A DNA stretch of 64,000 nucleotides from a virus (taxonomy: Duplodnaviria; Caudoviricetes). Every line of letters begins with the position of its first letter. Positions within the stretch are counted from its first letter, which is position 1. Positions 57,899 to 64,000 of the stretch are shown here, piece by piece. The DNA is taken from IMG/VR virus record IMGVR_UViG_2690315653_000003, positions 12,181-76,180 of that record, one strand, 5' to 3'. The position numbers and the translations under genes were made by a program. The notes under the pieces were generated by a model, which saw nothing but the letters and a program-made list of their open reading frames with translations, did no database searches and was not told the DNA's origin.

Positions 57899-59008
57899 TT
57901 AATGTTTAAATATTGTATAGTTAATTACAGATTCATAATCTGCGCTTGTCATTGTATTTGACGGTGGAAGACCTTTGAAAATGCCTGTCTGTGGAAGGAA
58001 TGCTAGACCTATTCTAATCCCTTCAGTATCATAAGAGCTTTTGAGAATATTAAACAGTCTATACATTTTGGCACCATCAGCGCTGCGCAGTTTATTCAAA
58101 TCATATCCGTTAGGGTCGAGCACTTTATACCTCCATGGATCAAAAATACTCATTACCAAATCTGCATCTTCCGTAAGGTCACCTGTATTTTTGAAATCCT
58201 CTAATCTGGGTTCTACATCTCCATTTTTCAACCTGAATGGATTAGCAATATCCCTGTTGAATTGAGACAGGATAACAGCTGAATGTCCAAACAAATCCCT
58301 CGTATAATTAGAGGTATCATCAGAAAAGCTATCTATAGTTTCCTTTAGATTCTTCCCATTCTCACCTTTTAGCTTACCAACGTGGTCGAAAATATGCAAC
58401 CAGGTAATTGAAGGATCACTCGGCTTATAAACTCGTTCAAACTGATTTAGATTCCTCAGATCTCCATTTTCCTCTGCAATCCTTTGAATCTCCTTTCTAA
58501 TGCCAGTAGGATTTTGACGGCCATCAATAATCCTTATATATTTGAACATATTGTCAAAGTACTCTTTGCAGCCTCTGACGATCTCCTGTTCCTGTTCGTT
58601 AAGCCTTTGTTCTTTACGAACCCAACCGAGCAGCCTTTTCATAGGGATGATCCTACCGGTATCCTTGAAGATTTTGTGTGATACCCATTTTGCTACTTTA
58701 AAAACTTTTTTCCTTTCCATACTCCAATAAATAATCCGGAGCTTTTCCGGTTTACCGTTTCGGAGCATGTAGTCATATGGATTCAAAACAAAAAGATCGT
58801 CCACTAAAGATGTCTTAGCTGAGCCAGTATAGCCTCCTAAAACATAAAGCATACTTTTCCTCAAAGAAAGATACTCGTCCAGTTTTTCAATCCCAATTGG
58901 AATTCCCTCATGTATCCCATCTAATCCCTGATCTACATAGATCATAAAGGAGTCAAATAATCCAATGCCGGCGTCTTCTTCGGACTCTCCTGTATTTATA
59001 TTTTGCAT
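57899..59008 (-). CDS. DnaB-like replicative helicase
   Basis: Walker A GYTGSAKT, 'SME', Walker B 'IFDH', 'LSQFNR', 'P.LEDFK.TG...EDAD.V', 'LKS'. Confidence 0.88.
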   Translation of the reverse strand: MQNINTGESEEDAGIGLFDSFMIYVDQGLDGIHEGIPIGIEKLDEYLSLRKSMLYVLGGYTGSAKTSLVDDLFVLNPYDYMLRNGKPEKLRIIYWSMERKKVFKVAKWVSHKIFKDTGRIIPMKRLLGWVRKEQRLNEQEQEIVRGCKEYFDNMFKYIRIIDGRQNPTGIRKEIQRIAEENGDLRNLNQFERVYKPSDPSITWLHIFDHVGKLKGENGKNLKETIDSFSDDTSNYTRDLFGHSAVILSQFNRDIANPFRLKNGDVEPRLEDFKNTGDLTEDADLVMSIFDPWRYKVLDPNGYDLNKLRSADGAKMYRLFNILKSSYDTEGIRIGLAFLPQTGIFKGLPPSNTMTSADYESVINYTIFKH

Positions 59009-59206
59009 ACATCGTGATTACTCACGAAGCAGGGCGATTATTTAGCCATTATAATTTTTACAATGAACGCTATGTTTTAAAGTTGGAAAAATAACCGGCT
59101 ACTCCGTTGTCGTTAAAGCAAATGATTATTGATTTTGCTTCAACTTTACCGGCTCCCGCCGGCCTGACTATAGCCTTGCTATAACCCTGAGGCATATATT
59201 GTTTTA

Positions 59207-60013
59207 TCATATACTGAATGTGAATGGATCTGATTGAATATTGTTATTATTTAATCTTTTATTTCGGCCAGCTTCTATAAAAGGGGTGAAGCTTCTTATA
59301 TAAAGATACCTTGGACAGTTAGGGATATAGTGGAGTTCACTTCTGCCGGATTGTAAGGATAATTGTTTAGCATTTTCCATCTGACAGATTGTGGCCCAAT
59401 AGATATCATCAGTACTATACTCACCTTCGTTGATTATGTTCCAATAATATTTTCTGGATTGTTCTTTGTCAAGGTTTTTCTTTTGATGACCGGCAAATTG
59501 TCTACCGGAAATTTCAAACATATCTGTGGTCGGATAGGCATTTTTCCACCAATATTCGAAGGGATCATCGTGTTTTGAGTATTGAGGATCTGGTATTTCC
59601 TCTCCAAACCGAACCTGCTTTAATACCTTTTTTCCCTTAATGGTAATTTTATAATCTGATGTCAGGTAGCTTTTTCTGATTAGTGTTTGACACCAATCTG
59701 CAATTTTTCCGGTGACCGGCAACAAATTATTCTGATAAGCTAACTCCAAAACATATAGCAGGTTAAAATCTAAATTTTCTTTCAATAAAATTCTGCGCCC
59801 CTCTGAGCGGATGTTGAAAAGATAGGCTTCCGTATCTTCAATATCTAAGTGCAGATTGTTGCTTTCTGATTTTCCGTCACTCATATTGGTAGTCCCTTTA
59901 ACCTGTGAATTTAATTCCAGATACATCTGGTGTTCGTATTCCATCTCATGATGTAACTCATCGTCACTGCACTGCTGCAAACATTCGTCGTGATATAGAT
60001 CTTCGCTTCCCAT
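59207..60013 (-). CDS. putative replication initiator/replisome organiser
   Basis: wHTH-like 'LIRKSYL...ITIKGK' plus 'FEYWW..YP' and 'YIPN..RYL' typical of phage initiator C-domains; upstream of DnaB. Confidence 0.55.
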   Translation of the reverse strand: MGSEDLYHDECLQQCSDDELHHEMEYEHQMYLELNSQVKGTTNMSDGKSESNNLHLDIEDTEAYLFNIRSEGRRILLKENLDFNLLYVLELAYQNNLLPVTGKIADWCQTLIRKSYLTSDYKITIKGKKVLKQVRFGEEIPDPQYSKHDDPFEYWWKNAYPTTDMFEISGRQFAGHQKKNLDKEQSRKYYWNIINEGEYSTDDIYWATICQMENAKQLSLQSGRSELHYIPNCPRYLYIRSFTPFIEAGRNKRLNNNNIQSDPFTFSI

Positions 60014-60428
60014 TCAAGTACTGATTTATTGGTACTTCATTCTCGACTCTAAAGCAGTATTTCTTAGGCGCTGGAACAAGCGTTCCGTCCGACTTTTTTA
60101 ATAGCCATTGTGTGCGACTAATATTATCGACTATAGTACCGGTGTAAAAGTGATTAATCTTTCCCAGCGTATAGCTTGTATCGTAATAGACAGTAGCCTG
60201 ATCATTGACTTTTAAATCAAAACAGCAATGATACAGAGTCACCTTACATACACTTAAGAAATGAAACGCATTTACTGATTTACTACTCAATATCATATTC
60301 TCAGAATTCGTTCCAGTACAAAAGTGTACGGTTGCGTAATCCTGGTGCTTTGGATTAGTGACAATAAATAGATTCCCCCTTCCTATTGTTTCGCCCGCAA
60401 TTGGCAAACATATAATTCTGTTTATCAT
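59964..60428 (-). CDS. hypothetical protein
   Basis: Likely start MINRII; beta-rich; co-oriented. Confidence 0.5.
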   Translation of the reverse strand: MINRIICLPIAGETIGRGNLFIVTNPKHQDYATVHFCTGTNSENMILSSKSVNAFHFLSVCKVTLYHCCFDLKVNDQATVYYDTSYTLGKINHFYTGTIVDNISRTQWLLKKSDGTLVPAPKKYCFRVENEVPINQYLNGKRRSISRRMFAAVQ

Positions 60429-60805
60429 GGAATATTTTTTATTTTTCCCAATAGATGTGCTATAATAGCAACTTTGTATGCTACTTTTAGGACACATTTA
60501 TACACATCTAGTTGATAGATGTGTACTGAATTTATAGGTAAATAAATTTGATTAAGGCAAATGACAGCTGGAAGTTGCGCCTGATATGCGCAATAAGTCC
60601 GTCGGCCCTTACAGGTCAATATTCAAATGGGTTACTTTATACCCCTGTTTTTGATGTGTATTATTCGGGCATTCACATTGCTTGTTTTTGCAATGGAAAT
60701 ATTTTTAAAGTTCGCATGTCGGAAAACGATTGTTTAGCAGATATTCACGGTCTTTTTTTTATATGATTTAATACACCTCAGATATTTGCTTTACAAACAG
60801 TTAAA

Positions 60806-60813
60806 CAAAATTA
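60806..60813 (-). promoter_or_regulatory. candidate -7 element TAATTTTG facing the replication block
   Basis: CAAAATTA on the + strand within an AT-rich gap; could occur by chance in such sequence. Confidence 0.3.
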
Positions 60814-61035
60814 TAAAATTGTTTTAGGTTTAGTTCTTAAGAGTTAAAAAATAGAAAAAATCAAATCATACTGCATTCAAAACCTTTTTTCGATGCAAAG
60901 AACTAGTAGTTTTTGAACCAGTAGATTAGATAACATTAAATAAATTGGGGTTGAATACAAAACACGATAATCTATGAAAAGAGAATTACGGCCTTAATTG
61001 ATAATTGAATAAAAGGGGCTAACAGTTGTATGGTC

Positions 61036-61578
61036 CTATCGGAATGATCCGCAATTGTTACATTTTATCAGTGCTATAAGGTATTCTTTAGCATTATCAA
61101 TCTGACTGTTCACTTCAGCATTGTATTTCCTGGTAGTGCCTGAATTATTATTACAAACCAAAAACTTTACGCAATCACTGGTAATTTTTTCCAAAGGTTT
61201 TATAAAACTGACATGATGTGAAATCTCAGCCACTTTTTTAAATACCTGACCAATAGGAACCTCTTTAATTTTGCCGCTTGTAAAGTAAACATTGTCATTG
61301 GCAATCTTTTTAATCTTTCTGGGAGCTTTTCTGGGATCAAATTCGTAAACCAGGTCTCCAGCTTTCAGGTCACTAAATGTGCAAAGTGAGAAATTTACCC
61401 TTTGGATTTTGGCTTCTGTGGGAGCAGTGATAATATGACCAAAACTATCGGTTATGATAAGTTTCCCCATGTCCTGGCTGATATTTACCAATTCTTTTAT
61501 TTCACCACTATAAATGATTGCCTTCTCTCCAGGTTGAATGTTTCCTTTCTGATAAGTGTAATAAGCAAAGAAATTCAT
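61036..61578 (-). CDS. hypothetical protein (SH3/KOW-like repeats, C-terminal CxxC)
   Basis: 180 aa; 'IQPGEKA', 'LKAGDLV'; ends KCNNCG. Confidence 0.55.
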   Translation of the reverse strand: MNFFAYYTYQKGNIQPGEKAIIYSGEIKELVNISQDMGKLIITDSFGHIITAPTEAKIQRVNFSLCTFSDLKAGDLVYEFDPRKAPRKIKKIANDNVYFTSGKIKEVPIGQVFKKVAEISHHVSFIKPLEKITSDCVKFLVCNNNSGTTRKYNAEVNSQIDNAKEYLIALIKCNNCGSFR

Positions 61579-62086
61579 CGTCGTAAGTTCTTTTAATTGA
61601 TCAAATAATAATATGAAGTATAAAACTGACTAATGTTTAATCAGATCTATTTCAATGTTCACCGTATAGTGTTATTATGGAATTTGTCAGTGTATAAGCT
61701 CAATGATGAAATGTATTATTCATATGGCCTTAGGTTCCCTCTCTCTTGGAGATGGATGTAAATATTTAGGGATAAAATACCATTTGGAAAATAACGCGTC
61801 ATGCTATAGTTACGGAATTTCTTGAATTTGGGATTGCCATTTTGGTATTACCAGGCTTTTAAATAGAATAGTGTCAGAATCATTTCAGGATATTCAGGTA
61901 CAGATATTATAGTAAATATAGAAAACAAATTCCCCATTTCGTTCATTCTACATAATTTATTATTGAATGTTGTGACATCTTTTTGCCTCAGTTTTATATA
62001 TTGGGTTTGGAGTATTTCTATCCACCTTAAATAATGTTGTATTTGTATATCCTCGTGATTTTATTGACTGAATGATGCTTTGCTCT

Positions 62087-64000
62087 CTATAGATCAACCT
62101 GTGGTGGAATGATTTTTTCATTGTATTGACTAGCCAACATACGGAGCCATTCGTTGGCAAATTGAGTAAGGTATACTGATACACCACTAAAAGCCTTTAC
62201 AATTTTATTATCCTTGAATACAATTGCAAATTCTTTTCTGGCAGGATGATGTATTAGTTTACATACATAAACTTTTGGAGACCTGTTTTTAATTCGTCCT
62301 ACAGTTGAATCGTGAACTACGTAGAATTCCATTTCACATGCCGGCACCCAAATACTGCCATTTGAAAATCCTTCACTGAACTTATAAAGTGTTCCTATTC
62401 CCAGATGAGATTCAATATTACTACTGATGCACATGATATTAATGTGAAAAGAATTCTCAGACGGTATAACAATCATTGATTTATCTTCCAGCGTGCCTAA
62501 AAACTGTTTGATGATATTTATACTATCAGCAGTAAGTGAAGGGAGAAGTAATTTATTCGCTTCTTTGGCGGGTATTGGGCTACCATCTATAAATGCAGAT
62601 CTTCTGGCAAACGGAACAACGACATTTTTAAGATCTTCCCTACGCCTTTCCTCCTCATTGAAGGCATAAATCTCTGTTGTAGAGTCATATTCATGACTAT
62701 TCTGTTCCTTGGCGTGCTGTAGGGATAGTGTTTTTGCTATTCTGTCACTATAAAGATGCTTGAGCTTATACATGTCCTTATCGATACCCAATTCCTTTTT
62801 TACATATTTCTTCCACCGCCGCCCAAATTGGTCTGGTCTGATGGAGTAAAATTGGGGTTTCATGAATTTGCTAAATATAAATACTTCACCGGTCTTTTCT
62901 GGTACTCCGCATTTAGTTGCATATTCCTGGCAATCCGATAATATTTCTTTCCAGATATGGAGTGTATGGATGGGAATCGGTTTTATTACCTCCCGGTGGA
63001 TCTTTCCTTTCAATACCCATACGGTAAACTGCCTTTTCTTTATATCCACGTTGCCTACCTTTACTAAGGCCAGCTCGGTCTCTCTACTGCCAGATGCGTA
63101 GAAAACTATCACATATCGCCAGAAATGATAGTAATTGGCCTTTAAATATTCATCAATGGTGATAATCTCCTCTTCTTCCAGAACCCGTGGTAAGGGCTCA
63201 TCTTCCGGAAGAATCGGAATTTCCAGGATAAAATTTGATTTTACGACTCTGGCTAGTGCCAGTTCCTTAAACAATGAAAGCAGAAAAGACCTATACTTAT
63301 TACGTGACTTTGGTGAAAATTTGGGATTGATCTTGGCGATAACCTCAAAGCTTAAGGTAATATGTTGTGGAGTTATTCTGCTGATAGGTGTTTGAAGATA
63401 TTCTAAGAGGAATGCTGCACGATTCATCGCCCGGATGGCGCCTCGTACACTGCTCAGGTGTCCTGGAACTCCCTTTATTTTGCGATATGCTTTCCAAAGC
63501 GCATCAATAAAAGGCAGATCTGGGGTCAGGATATGAATAGTTATTTTATCGGAGCTTATTTCCTCCTTCAACTTCTGGGCTTTTTCGGTTTCTAGTGCGA
63601 CTTTATTTGCTACAGCGAGGAGCTGTGGTGAAATATCGATCTGAGTTTTAGTGACAACATCATGAAATGGATCATGTGCCTGTTCTTTTGGTTGTTGGTT
63701 ATAATATTCATTTGGTTTTAGGGTTTGTTTGGTGATAGGGTTATATCCACTTTCGAGCTTTTCTTTAATATTTTTTAGTGCCTTTCTAACCAGCTTTCTT
63801 CGCTCATCGAGTGTTTTTGCCCCGGCAAAGCCTTTCTTAAAATTGCACCGTTTTCCTCTTGGGAGTGTACTTTTAAAACTGGGATCAAAGAACCAATATT
63901 CAATGTACCATTCGGTGTCTAAAAATGCGTCTGGCAGATCCCAATCGAAGGGATTGACGTATGGCTTGGTGTAGCTACATCCATTTGGAAGTTCAATCAT
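62087..64000 (-). CDS. tyrosine recombinase/integrase (Bacteroidota type) with C-terminal extension
   Basis: N-terminal 'WYIEY...DP....R...K.G.....ERR.......L..GYNP'; catalytic R (GSRETEL), K (KGK), YKLKH, H (NSHE), Y (TEIYA). Confidence 0.9.
   Translation of the reverse strand: MIELPNGCSYTKPYVNPFDWDLPDAFLDTEWYIEYWFFDPSFKSTLPRGKRCNFKKGFAGAKTLDERRKLVRKALKNIKEKLESGYNPITKQTLKPNEYYNQQPKEQAHDPFHDVVTKTQIDISPQLLAVANKVALETEKAQKLKEEISSDKITIHILTPDLPFIDALWKAYRKIKGVPGHLSSVRGAIRAMNRAAFLLEYLQTPISRITPQHITLSFEVIAKINPKFSPKSRNKYRSFLLSLFKELALARVVKSNFILEIPILPEDEPLPRVLEEEEIITIDEYLKANYYHFWRYVIVFYASGSRETELALVKVGNVDIKKRQFTVWVLKGKIHREVIKPIPIHTLHIWKEILSDCQEYATKCGVPEKTGEVFIFSKFMKPQFYSIRPDQFGRRWKKYVKKELGIDKDMYKLKHLYSDRIAKTLSLQHAKEQNSHEYDSTTEIYAFNEEERRREDLKNVVVPFARRSAFIDGSPIPAKEANKLLLPSLTADSINIIKQFLGTLEDKSMIVIPSENSFHINIMCISSNIESHLGIGTLYKFSEGFSNGSIWVPACEMEFYVVHDSTVGRIKNRSPKVYVCKLIHHPARKEFAIVFKDNKIVKAFSGVSVYLTQFANEWLRMLASQYNEKIIPPQVDL

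Larger units (their letters stand above)
1..64000. mobile_element. crAss-like (Crassvirales-type) phage or prophage region, partial (terminase and portal not in window)
   Basis: Gene order MCP, conserved head genes, IHF, tail tubular, tail stabilisation, giant virion RNAP with DxDxD motif, followed by an oppositely oriented replication block, is the crAss-like layout; integrase at right edge; no host housekeeping operons. Confidence 0.9.

Noticed and set aside
61960-62187. 75-aa ORF overlapping the integrase end
   Set aside because: Overlaps the integrase by about 100 nt with no motif; a shorter version cannot be excluded but is unsupported
1-64000. Stop-codon reassignment (TAG/TGA), known in some crAss-like phages
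   Set aside because: Standard-code ORFs tile both blocks densely, including 16-kb and 4.6-kb genes, and TAG and TGA both serve as normal stops
1-64000. tRNA, rRNA or CRISPR array
   Set aside because: No cloverleaf or T-loop signatures and no regularly spaced repeats seen in the intergenic gaps by eye; tRNAscan and CRISPR finders were not run

Overview
The whole window reads as about 64 kb of a crAss-like (Crassvirales-type, Bacteroidota-infecting) phage genome in two convergent blocks. The + strand (1-43613) is the virion module: a pre-capsid gene truncated at the window edge, major capsid protein, conserved head/ring genes, an M15 peptidase, Cys-rich fibre genes, an IHF-like gene, tail tubular and stabilisation proteins, three ejected cargo proteins (the largest a 5485-aa virion RNA polymerase polyprotein with DFDIDK), two glycosyltransferase-like paralogues and membrane/lysis genes. 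The - strand (43617-64000) is the replication/recombination block: PAPS-reductase-like, HNH, RecA, PD-(D/E)xK exonuclease, Holliday resolvase, degenerate UDG, primase, SSB, AAA ATPase, DnaB helicase, an initiator-like gene and a tyrosine integrase. Three things stand out. (1) A complete phage-encoded ubiquitin-like conjugation cassette (Ubl, E2-like, JAB, E1/ThiF) with intact motifs. (2) Two peptide O-glycosyltransferase-like genes (GT95/GT96-like motifs) together with Thr/Ser-tract virion proteins, suggesting virion glycosylation. (3) An integrase plus DnaB/initiator and no visible DNA polymerase, suggesting a temperate crAss-like phage. All product calls come from motif recognition and gene order by eye; no database searches were run.
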